A DNA stretch of 32,000 bases. Source: Mycolicibacterium smegmatis. Its GTDB lineage: Bacteria; Actinomycetota; Actinomycetes; Mycobacteriales; Mycobacteriaceae. Of the stretch, positions 18,039-25,331 are shown piece by piece. Position numbers and translations under genes: made by a program. Where the stretch lies: positions 6,300,001 to 6,332,000 of the forward strand of contig NZ_LN831039.1 in assembly GCF_001457595.1 (NCBI RefSeq), written 5' to 3'. The notes beneath the pieces were generated by a model. That model had not been told where the DNA came from. It was given only the letters and a program-made list of their open reading frames with translations, and searched no databases. How positions within the stretch are numbered: the stretch's first letter is position 1; the number at the start of each line of letters is the position of its first letter.

Positions 18039-18103
18039 GGTTAGGCAGAATGTCACGATTCGCCGGACCCCGCCCAGGGCTTCAACCGAACTGAAATGAA
18101 GAG

Positions 18104-18132
18104 CCCCGGCCACCGAGGGGTCGTGGCCGGGG
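18104..18132 (-). terminator. Intrinsic terminator downstream of the fur-family gene
   Basis: A perfect 10-bp stem CCCCGGCCAC/GTGGCCGGGG with a 9-nt loop, 26 nt after the stop codon. T-rich tracts follow on both strands (minus strand: CTCTTCATTTCAGTT). Confidence 0.7.
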
Positions 18133-18157
18133 CATTTCTTCGGGCTGCAGATGTGGT

Positions 18158-18622
18158 CTAGATGGTGCTGCTCTGCGGTCTGGTCGTTGTGGCGGAGTCG
18201 TGCTGGCAATCAGCGCAAACTCCCCAGTACACGACCTCTGCCTCGTCGATCGCGAAGCCCGCCAGATCGGAGGGCTCCAGGCAGGGCGCCTCGCCGACCG
18301 CGCAGTCGACGTCGGCCACCCGGCCGCACACCCGGCACACCAGGTGATGGTGGTTGTCGCCGGTCCTGGTCTCGTAGCGGGCCGACGATCCGGCGGGTTC
18401 GATGCGCCGCACCAGGCCCGCGTTGACGCACGCGCGCAGCACGTCGTACACCGCCTGAGTCGACACCGACCCGAGGTTCTGGCGAACTGCCATGGCAACG
18501 TCGTCTGCAGTCGAGTGTGGCTGTTCGGCCAGGACTTCGAGCACCGCGACCCTGGGTGCAGTGACGCGCAACCCGGAGGCCCGCAAAAGAGCCTTGGGAT
18601 CGTGGTCATGCACTGTGGTCAC
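18158..18622 (-). CDS. furA: Fur-family regulator of the FurA (peroxide-responsive) type
   Basis: 154 aa with a GTG start. The product (LRVTAPRVAVLEVL..., QAVYDVL, GDNHHHLVCRVCGRVADVDCAVGEAPCL, DEAEVVYWGVCADC) closely resembles remembered M. tuberculosis FurA. Confidence 0.8.
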   Translation of the reverse strand: MTTVHDHDPKALLRASGLRVTAPRVAVLEVLAEQPHSTADDVAMAVRQNLGSVSTQAVYDVLRACVNAGLVRRIEPAGSSARYETRTGDNHHHLVCRVCGRVADVDCAVGEAPCLEPSDLAGFAIDEAEVVYWGVCADCQHDSATTTRPQSSTI

Positions 18623-18663
18623 AAAACCCAGTATGCGCGCATTTTCTGGAATGAGTCAAAAAG
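18623..18663 (-). promoter_or_regulatory. furA promoter (TTGACT-N18-CATACT) overlapping an AT-rich FurA-box-like operator; predicted leaderless transcript
   Basis: The minus strand reads CTTTTTGACTCATTCCAGAAAATGCGCGCATACTGGGTTTT-GTG. The -10 element ends 7 nt before the GTG. TTGACTCATTCCAGAAAA resembles the remembered Mtb pfurA operator. Confidence 0.5.
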
Positions 18664-18674
18664 AGTGAGTGTGA

Positions 18675-19145
18675 TTATGGTCGCGCGGGTGCTGTGGTCG
18701 GCGTCTCTGAACGATCCGGGGCCTGCGGACCACGGAATTCACCGCGCTCGGCCGGTGCACCTCCCGGGCCGAACATGCCGCCACCAGGCCTCATGTGGCC
18801 GGGACCCATGCCGGGCATCATCGGCGGCGGGCCGCCACGGTGGAACATCATGATCTCCGGGCGGTCATGGCCGCGGTGATGATGCCCCGGGCCGGAGTTC
18901 TTGCCCAGCACGAAGCCGGTGCCGAACACCACAGCGACGATGAACACGACGCCCGCGACGATGCCGACCCACGCGGCGGCCTGTACGACACGGCTGTGCC
19001 GGCGGGGTGCCTCGGCGGGCGCGACGGGTACTGCTGCCGGCGGGGGCGCAACCGGCGGTGGCGCCACCGGCCCCGAGGTCGCGGTGGGCGTCTCGGCAGG
19101 CGTGCCGACCGGAGTGGTCGGATGGTCAGACGGTGTTTCACTCAT
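18675..19145 (-). CDS. Pro-rich single-pass membrane protein with a His/Met-rich C-terminal tail
   Basis: 156 aa. The N-terminal part is rich in Pro, Thr and Ala. The TM helix is AAWVGIVAGVVFIVAVVFGTGFVL. The tail is GHHHRGHDRPEIMMFHRGGPPPMMPGMGPGHMRPGGGMFGPGG. Confidence 0.7.
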   Translation of the reverse strand: MSETPSDHPTTPVGTPAETPTATSGPVAPPPVAPPPAAVPVAPAEAPRRHSRVVQAAAWVGIVAGVVFIVAVVFGTGFVLGKNSGPGHHHRGHDRPEIMMFHRGGPPPMMPGMGPGHMRPGGGMFGPGGAPAERGEFRGPQAPDRSETPTTAPARP

Positions 19146-19221
19146 GCCACGAGCATGCGTCCGCTGCTCAGGTGGTGATCAAGAATCGGCTATGAATTGG
19201 CTATGAACGGGCGTCCTCGCT

Positions 19222-19261
19222 CACCGTGCGTAACGCAGTGGCGGCCACGAGCGCGTTTTTC
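19222..19261. repeat. Left 40 bp of minisatellite unit A (interrupted by the ISL3 element)
   Basis: CACCGTGCGTAACGCAGTGGCGGCCACGAGCGCGTTTTTC is one mismatch away from 20779-20818. Confidence 0.85.
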
Positions 19262-20719
19262 GGCTCTTCGCAGTTAGCAGTGGCGTTGGTGCCGGCTGGG
19301 TGTGACTCGTCGTGATCGGCGAGTGCAGGCCCACCGTACTCGGCGGCGTTGGTTCTCAGGATTGCGGAAGCCGAAGGCGATGCGCCCGACGTGTTTGACG
19401 ATGCGGTTGTAGCCTTCGGTGCGGGCGTTGGACAGGCCGGTCTGCAGGGCGGCGATGATGGGGGCCTGCCAGGTCTCGATGGTGCGGGCCAGTCGGATCA
19501 CTTCGGGCACTGTGCAGGCCGCGCAGAAACGGTAGAACCGGTCCAGGGCGGTCGTGATCTCGTAGCGCAACCCGCCGCGGTCGGCGCAGGAAAGCAGGTC
19601 GCGCAGCAGTTCTTTGGCGATCCAGGCCGCGGCGATGTCCTGGTTGGGGTCGGCGGAGAGCAGCTTGGCGAACAACGTGGCGCGTTGGTCTGCGGTGAGC
19701 CGCTCGGAGCCGCGCAGCAGGCGGCGGCGGTTGATCCACTCGACATCGGCCTTGCGGCCGCGCCGGCCCCGTTGGGTCCAGGTGACCCGGCGGCGCACCG
19801 CATCAACCATGTCGTTGGCTTTCTTGACCAGGTGGAACCGGTCGGCGATCAGGATCGCGTGCGGCAGTGCTTCGCGAGCCACCCGGGCATAGGCCGGGGA
19901 CAAATCGATGGCTACGTGGGTGATTGCGGCCCGCCAGTCAGGGTCCTGGCCAGCGAGCCAGTCGATCACTGCCGCCGAGGTGCGGCCATTGACCTGGCCA
20001 AGGAGGCCTTGATCGCCGGTGATGTCGACCAGTCCGGTGTCCCAGCGATCCACCCATACCCGCCGCCCGAGTACCGGGTTGTGTTCCCATTTGGCCTTAC
20101 CGCGTCGGGTCTCGTCGATGCCGAGCACCGCCACCGGCGCCAGCTCGCCGGCCAGGGCGTCCTCGGCGGTGGCGATGACTTCGTCGTGCACGGTGTGCCA
20201 GCCGCAGCGGTACTGCCCGGCCACCGCGGCCACCGAACGGTCCTCGTCGAGCACCGCAGTGGCCATCGTCGCCTTGGCCCGCGGTGTTACCCGCGCCCGC
20301 GCCGGGATTCCGGGCACCGACTCGGTGAACACCTTGCGCGTACAGACCGTGCTGGGGCACAACCACTTTCGCTTACGCCAGCGCAGTATCGGGCGGTCCG
20401 AACCCACCACAACGTCGCGGGGTCCGGTCTGTACCCAGCCTTTCGACCTGGTGGAGCGTTCCCCGCATTCGGGGCAGATCCCGACCCACTGGGGGGCGGT
20501 GAGCACCTGCACCAACCGGGTGCCGTCCTCGAGGCGCTGCACCGATTCGACGACCACACCGTCGAGATCGAGCAGCAGTGAACTACCGTCAACCATGGTC
20601 CGCGTTCCTTGTCCTGGATGCCTGAAGAACACCCAGCTCACAGGGGCGCGGACCCCTAATCAATCACCGACACGACACAACGTCGGACAACACCAGACCC
20701 CTATCAAGTGCGAAGAGCC
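19262..20719 (-). mobile_element. ISL3-family insertion sequence, 1458 bp, apparently intact
   Basis: The terminal inverted repeats are GGCTCTTCGCA... at 19262 and ...TGCGAAGAGCC at 20719, imperfect out to about 29 bp. The element is flanked by an exact 8-bp direct repeat CGTTTTTC (19254-19261 and 20720-20727). Confidence 0.9.
19274..20596 (-). CDS. ISL3-family transposase
   Basis: The ATG at 20596 is preceded by AAGGAA and gives about 440 aa. There is an N-terminal zinc-finger region (CPECGERS...) and the motifs LGIDETRRGK and ARTEGYNRIVKHVGRIAFGFRN. The stop codon lies inside the terminal IR. Confidence 0.9.
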   Translation of the reverse strand: MVDGSSLLLDLDGVVVESVQRLEDGTRLVQVLTAPQWVGICPECGERSTRSKGWVQTGPRDVVVGSDRPILRWRKRKWLCPSTVCTRKVFTESVPGIPARARVTPRAKATMATAVLDEDRSVAAVAGQYRCGWHTVHDEVIATAEDALAGELAPVAVLGIDETRRGKAKWEHNPVLGRRVWVDRWDTGLVDITGDQGLLGQVNGRTSAAVIDWLAGQDPDWRAAITHVAIDLSPAYARVAREALPHAILIADRFHLVKKANDMVDAVRRRVTWTQRGRRGRKADVEWINRRRLLRGSERLTADQRATLFAKLLSADPNQDIAAAWIAKELLRDLLSCADRGGLRYEITTALDRFYRFCAACTVPEVIRLARTIETWQAPIIAALQTGLSNARTEGYNRIVKHVGRIAFGFRNPENQRRRVRWACTRRSRRVTPSRHQRHC

Positions 20720-20853
20720 CGTTTTTCCGCCCTCACGTCACAAACGGCGCACCCGCCGACCACACACCCGCACACCCGCACCGTGCGTAACGCAGTGGCG
20801 GCCACGAGCGCGATTTTCCGCCCTCACGTCACAAACGGCACACCTGCCGACCA
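20720..20853. repeat. Second TSD copy, right 35 bp of minisatellite unit A, (CACACCCG)x2 spacer, and complete 75-bp unit B
   Basis: Restored unit A (19222-19261 plus 20728-20762) matches unit B (20779-20853) at 72 of 75 positions. The spacer at 20763-20778 is a tandem 8-mer. Confidence 0.85.
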
Positions 20854-21151
20854 GGCAGGCTCGATGTCCAGATTCCACTCGTGTGTGACCGTACGCAGAG
20901 CTTCGGGTGGTAGATCGCTCAGTGGCATAACTTCCCCGATCAGTTCGCCAGTACCCGCCCTTCGAAGACCGCGTCGCAGTGCTGGCCATCCAGGCGCTGA
21001 TTACAGCGAGATTGGGCCGCAGGTCTGCGAGCACCTCGCGCAGGCACGTAACATCGGGCCAGGTAGAGCGTCCGGAGACGCCGGTGCCACGTCATCGAAG
21101 CGATGGTTGAACGCGTAGAGTTTCAGCGGACAAACAACACCGCAAACGGCG

Positions 21152-21185
21152 TCACTCCCAGGGCTTGAGTGGATTCACCGCGAAC
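21152..21185 (-). pseudogene. Displaced 3'-terminal fragment of a DUF4185 gene (encodes ...FAVNPLKPWE-stop)
   Basis: It matches 26201-26234, the true 3' end of the DUF4185 gene (...YAVNPLKPWE-stop), at 28 of 34 nt. Three mismatches are synonymous third positions. Similarity stops after 11 codons. Confidence 0.7.
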
Positions 21186-21280
21186 CCGTTCGTGCACGTT
21201 TGGCAACGTTGACTCGAATTGAATGAGTCCATCAGCCCATGTCAACAGGGTTGGCGGTGTTGGCGGGCACCGAGGCTTAG

Positions 21281-22938
21281 CCTCGATCCACCGATGAATT
21301 GGCTGGTCGCAGGGTGTCGTGACGAGGAAAGTGCCTTCTGAGCTGTGATGATGAGTGTTCTCTAGGCACTTATCGGCACAACTTCGAAAGGCACTTCCGG
21401 TGAAAGTGTCCCATAGGTTCGCTGCGTCGTCGGCGGTCTTCGATGATGCCCATCTCGTGTCGTGCGCCGGTCTGGTGCCGGTAATGACGCTGGCCACCCA
21501 GACCGGGCTGTCACAGTTGCTGGCCGACAAGGTTCGTATCAGCGAACCACGGATCAAGTCCGGGTCGGCCAACCCGTCGCCGAAGCTGCTCACCGTGGTC
21601 GCCGGAATGTGCGCCGGCGCCGACAGCATTGATGACCTCGACCTCGTGCGTGGCGGCGGGATGAAGACGCTCTTCGATGGGGTCTATGCACCATCGACGA
21701 TCGGAACACTGTTGCGGGAGTTCACCTTCGGACACGCCCGGCAGTTGGAGTCGGTCCTGCGTCATCATCTGGCCGCACTCTGTGCGCGGGTGGACCTGCT
21801 GCCCGGATCCGACACGGGGGCGTTCATCGACATCGACTCACTGCTGCGCCCGGTCTATGGCCACGCCAAACAGGGTGCCTCCTACGGGCATACCAAGATC
21901 GCTGGTAAGCAGGTTCTGCGTAAAGGGCTCTCCCCGTTGGCGACGACGATCAGCACCCCCGGAGCGGCGCCGGTGATCGCCGGGATGCGGCTGCGCGCCG
22001 GTAAGACCAGTTCCGGGAAGGGTGCGGGCCGCATGGTCGCCCAAGCCATCGCCACCGCCCGCGCCGCCGGCGTGCGCGGGCAACTGCTGGTGCGTGGCGA
22101 TTCGTCCTACGGCACCCGGTCGGTGGTGGGCGCCTGCCGAGCCCACAATGCGCACTTCTCGGTGGTGATGACCCGCAATACCGCGGTTGATCGGGCCATC
22201 AGTTCGATCGACGAGCAGGCCTGGGAGCCGGTCAACTATCCCGGTGCAGTGCGTGATCCCGACACCGGTGACTGGATTTCTGATGCCGAGGTCGCCGAGG
22301 TCAGCTACACCGCCTTCGCCTCTACCAAAGATCGGTTCACCGCGCGGTTGGTGGTGCGGCGAGTCAAAGACGCGAGATTTCGGGACGCGCTGTTCCCGGT
22401 GTGGCGGTATCACCCGTTCTTCACCAACACAGACTTGCCGACCGCCGAGGCTGACATCACCCACCGCCAGCACGCGATCATCGAAACCGTCTTCGCCGAT
22501 CTGATCGACGGACCCCTGGCCCACATGCCCTCAGGACAGTTCGGTGCCAACAGTGCGTGGGTGTTGTGCGCGGCGATCGCGCACAACCTGCTGCGCGCCG
22601 CCGGCGTGCTCGCAGGAGGTGCCCACGTGGTTGCCCGCGGCGCGACGCTGCGCCGCAAGATCGTCAACATTCCCGCCCGTCTGGCCCGACCCCAGCGTCG
22701 ACCGATCCTGCACCTCCCCGAGCACTGGCCCTGGACAGAGCACTGGCTCACGTTGTGGCGCAACACCATCGGATACAGCCCACCGCTACCGGCAACAACC
22801 TGACCAACGCGCCGAACAGGCCCAACCGGAGCACACAGGAAAAGCTGGGCAGACCAGCAACTACCGCATGCCCGCAACACCGAACGCAGCAGAAACCACA
22901 CACGGACACCTCAAGGAGGGCCGCTCCACGGATTCAGG
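21281..22938 (+). mobile_element. IS1380-family insertion sequence, about 1.66 kb
   Basis: The ends are CCTCGATCCACCGATG... and ...GCTCCACGGATTCAGG, an imperfect IR of about 10/16 that begins CCT. The direct repeat CTTAG lies at 21276-21280 and 22939-22943 and extends to AGGCTTAG, so the exact boundary is ambiguous by 3 nt. Confidence 0.65.
21355..22803 (+). CDS. IS1380-family transposase
   Basis: A 482-aa ORF (DDAHLVSCAGLVPVMTLA..., IDIDSLLRPVYGHAKQGASYGHTKIAGKQ, LVRGDSSYG, ITHRQHAIIETVFADL). The start may be GTG 21355 or GTG 21400. Confidence 0.85.
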   Translation: MFSRHLSAQLRKALPVKVSHRFAASSAVFDDAHLVSCAGLVPVMTLATQTGLSQLLADKVRISEPRIKSGSANPSPKLLTVVAGMCAGADSIDDLDLVRGGGMKTLFDGVYAPSTIGTLLREFTFGHARQLESVLRHHLAALCARVDLLPGSDTGAFIDIDSLLRPVYGHAKQGASYGHTKIAGKQVLRKGLSPLATTISTPGAAPVIAGMRLRAGKTSSGKGAGRMVAQAIATARAAGVRGQLLVRGDSSYGTRSVVGACRAHNAHFSVVMTRNTAVDRAISSIDEQAWEPVNYPGAVRDPDTGDWISDAEVAEVSYTAFASTKDRFTARLVVRRVKDARFRDALFPVWRYHPFFTNTDLPTAEADITHRQHAIIETVFADLIDGPLAHMPSGQFGANSAWVLCAAIAHNLLRAAGVLAGGAHVVARGATLRRKIVNIPARLARPQRRPILHLPEHWPWTEHWLTLWRNTIGYSPPLPATT

Positions 22939-22987
22939 CTTAGTTAGGCTACTGGGGACGCACTGCGGACGGAGGCCGAGCGCTCCT

Positions 22988-23752
22988 TTAAGGACAAGCT
23001 CCGCCGGTCACCGGGCAGATTCGTGGGTCGTAGTCTCGCTTCAAACGAGTCTTGATGAACTCGGCGTTGTTCCCATACCCCGGCGAGAGCCAGCGGCCGA
23101 CGACCATCACACTCACGTATCTAGCCCCCGCGGCTCGTAGCGTAAGCGCGGCCGACTGAGTTCTGGATCCGGTTGTCCATGTGTCATCGAGCACCAAGAT
23201 GTGCTTGCCGCTCAAGTCTTGCGGCGGTGCGATAACGAACTGGGTGCCTGCGACGATGCGATTGCTAGTCGCCGTCGCCGCGGGCACGAGGCTCAGCTGA
23301 TCGCTGATGGCGTTCATTTCTCTTGTGATCGCGGCGAATGGATGGACGCCGGGGCGATTGCTCAGTGAGGGAACCATCACCCGTCTGTACACAGGTTGCC
23401 CAACACGTTTTTCAATACAGTTCTGGTGCAACATGATTCCGAGGTAGAGCGCGCGCCGGATAACCATGCTGTGCTGCTGGCGCGCTACTTCGCTGACGTC
23501 GTCTTTGTAGTGGCGCAGCAGGATCCCGGACTGGGTTCGCTCGGCCGCGTATGTGAGAGGAGCTACGAGGTCCGCTATGCCGGCCGTGTATTGGTGCTGG
23601 TTGCACCGGTAGCAGCGGTCGTAGTCATCGACCGGTGTGCAGCAGACTGCGCATGTGATACGCGTTTCCCGGATCACATTCCGGAGATAGCCGCCAGCCT
23701 GCTGTACGAGTAGATGCTCGTTGTGGACGACTGGATCCCTCGTTCTGGTCAA
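22988..23752 (-). CDS. ComF-like phosphoribosyltransferase with an N-terminal CxxC-x9-CxxC zinc finger
   Basis: 254 aa. The zinc finger is CAVCCTPVDDYDRCYRC. The PRPP-binding loop is HILVLDDTWTTGSRTQSAALTLRAAGA. There is a Cys-containing tail (RICPVTGGACP). The TTG start overlaps the stop codon of the upstream DprA-like gene (TTGA at 23749-23752). Local GC is lower than in the core genes. Confidence 0.8.
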   Translation of the reverse strand: MTRTRDPVVHNEHLLVQQAGGYLRNVIRETRITCAVCCTPVDDYDRCYRCNQHQYTAGIADLVAPLTYAAERTQSGILLRHYKDDVSEVARQQHSMVIRRALYLGIMLHQNCIEKRVGQPVYRRVMVPSLSNRPGVHPFAAITREMNAISDQLSLVPAATATSNRIVAGTQFVIAPPQDLSGKHILVLDDTWTTGSRTQSAALTLRAAGARYVSVMVVGRWLSPGYGNNAEFIKTRLKRDYDPRICPVTGGACP

Positions 23753-24786
23753 CGTCCGTCAGGCAGTCCCGCCAACGGCGCCAAGACGCCGAGTGAGTCG
23801 TCCTCGTCCTGGTTTACGACCTGCTTGACGATGTCCATAACCTCGGCGGTGCTTCCCGCGACGTAAACGCCTGGCCGGTCGCGCATTTCGCGTCCCCACT
23901 TCGTCGCGTTCACCACAATGTCGGTCAGGATGACGGGGCGGCCGTGTTCAACAGCCACGCGCGCCTGGATTCGTGTGCCACTGTGTTCACTGGCTTCGAC
24001 GATGATCGACGCGCGACCCAGGCCGGACATAGTGACGTTGCGCATCGGGAACGACTGTTTTGTTGGCGGTGCGTCCGGAAAGAACTGAGATACCAGCGCA
24101 CCGGCTGCCGCAACCCGGTCGTGGAGCTCCCGGTGGATTGCCGGGTAGACACGGTTGATGCCCGTGCCGATCACGCCGATCGGCCGTCCGCCTGCTCGCA
24201 GCGTCGCTTCGTGTGCGGCGCCATCGATACCATCTGCAAGTCCGGATATGACCGAAATTCCCCGTTCCGCAAGGCCTTCCGCAACATTCGCGGCAATGGA
24301 CAGGCCCCGCCGTGTCGCGCGTCGTGAACCGACGACTGACACCCCGCGCTCGTCGGGGCGGAGGACGCCTTTTACGAACAGCATCGGCGGCATCTGATGG
24401 ATACCGCGCAGCGCAAATGGATACTCTTCGTCCAGCACCGTCAGCAGGTCGAAGTCTTTGGACGATTCCCACTCGATTAGCTGCTTCCACGCGACCTGGA
24501 ACTGCAGTTCTGATTCGTCACGGCTCAGGTCACCGTCGAGAGCGAGCGTGAGCAGCGGGGGGTGGATGTCCTGCCACACCGCTAGGGCGGAACCACGCAG
24601 AGACACCTCGGAGGCGATCGTGGACCACGAGGTCTTACCCGCGCGTTCGCCCAGCATCGGCGGGCGCTCATCCAGAAGAGCCAGAAGCGCGGCCCGTTCC
24701 TCGTCGGCGAATCTGTCGCCCATGCGTCGTAGCTTAGATCCGCCGTCCGGGGATGGCAGCACATCGGGGCCGTTTCGGAAGCCCAT
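23749..24786 (-). CDS. DprA/Smf-like (SLOG Rossmann-fold) protein
   Basis: The ATG at 24786 is preceded by GAGGTGGTGA and gives 345 aa. DprA core motifs are VSVVGSRRATRRG, VISGLADGIDGAAHEATL, IGVIGTGINRVYP, FPMRNVTMSGL, IIVEASEHSGT and GRPV. A longer ORF reaches 24822. Confidence 0.8.
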   Translation of the reverse strand: MGFRNGPDVLPSPDGGSKLRRMGDRFADEERAALLALLDERPPMLGERAGKTSWSTIASEVSLRGSALAVWQDIHPPLLTLALDGDLSRDESELQFQVAWKQLIEWESSKDFDLLTVLDEEYPFALRGIHQMPPMLFVKGVLRPDERGVSVVGSRRATRRGLSIAANVAEGLAERGISVISGLADGIDGAAHEATLRAGGRPIGVIGTGINRVYPAIHRELHDRVAAAGALVSQFFPDAPPTKQSFPMRNVTMSGLGRASIIVEASEHSGTRIQARVAVEHGRPVILTDIVVNATKWGREMRDRPGVYVAGSTAEVMDIVKQVVNQDEDDSLGVLAPLAGLPDGR

Positions 24787-24944
24787 CTGCGTCACCACCT
24801 CATTTCCGCAGGTCAATTGCACTGTCTAGATGTTACTGTCACCCACCGACACGCCGAGCGGTTAATGCCCTCGCGTCGGACAGCCCAGGATAGTCGCCAC
24901 GGGCTGGGGGACGCGCCGCCGGACTGTCAGAAAGGGTGATGCGA

Positions 24945-25241
24945 ATGACCATAAACGTCTATTGCGATCATGAAGGACGAAGCCCGAGGTTCACGTTCCC
25001 GAAAGTTACTGAGGACGGCGAGGCTTCGCCCGAGATCACGCGTTGGCGGCTTGATGGCAGATCGGTCGCGGCAGACACACCGGGCGCAAGACGCAGTTAC
25101 ACGCTGGCTTGCCCGGTTTGTCAGTCGAACTACCGGTTCGGCGAGGACAAGCTGATTCCCGCTCTCATTCGGCTTCGCGAGGTTGGGCAGCGCGAGATCA
25201 GCATCCAGAACTTGCAACACGCCCTCAGTCGCTATACCTGA
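24945..25241 (+). CDS. Small hypothetical protein with a putative zinc ribbon (CxH...CxxC)
   Basis: 98 aa from ATG 24945, with AAGGGTGA upstream. The ORF opens at GTG 24936. VYCDHEG ... LACPVCQ are the putative metal ligands. GC3 is about 68% in this frame. It is divergent from the DprA-like gene. I recognise no family. Confidence 0.5.
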   Translation: MTINVYCDHEGRSPRFTFPKVTEDGEASPEITRWRLDGRSVAADTPGARRSYTLACPVCQSNYRFGEDKLIPALIRLREVGQREISIQNLQHALSRYT

Positions 25242-25331
25242 CGGTTCTATGGTGAAACCATCCGAGGTTGACTCAGACGGAAGCCCCACGAATGAGCCAG
25301 ACGCGAATCGCCGTGCCGGTGTCGAGGACCG

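Noticed and set aside
19222-20853. Possibility that the 75-bp repeats are a CRISPR array
   Set aside because: There are only two units. The units are 75 bp with a 16-bp simple-repeat spacer. There are no cas genes. The geometry is wrong for CRISPR.
20708-21118. 136-aa plus-strand ORF and 98-aa minus-strand ORF (20738..21034) in the region between the ISL3 element and the DUF4185 fragment
   Set aside because: They run through the minisatellite units. They have no recognisable motifs or RBS and a biased Arg/Ser/Thr composition. I treat the region as non-coding or remnant DNA.
21271-21285. 15-bp palindrome CGAGGCTTAGCCTCG at the left IS1380 junction
   Set aside because: It is created by joining the flank (CGAGGCTTAG) to the IS end (CCTCG). 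It is not a pre-existing hairpin in the restored target.
19189-21304. Shared 11-mer ATGAATTGGCT at 19193-19203 and 21294-21304, considered as a possible island boundary repeat
   Set aside because: By chance alone, roughly a hundred identical 11-mer pairs are expected in 32 kb. The second copy lies inside the IS1380 terminal region.
21123-21629. 168-aa minus-strand ORF crossing the left end of the IS1380 element
   Set aside because: It spans the IS boundary and is antisense to the transposase start. In a different frame it contains the DUF4185 fragment.
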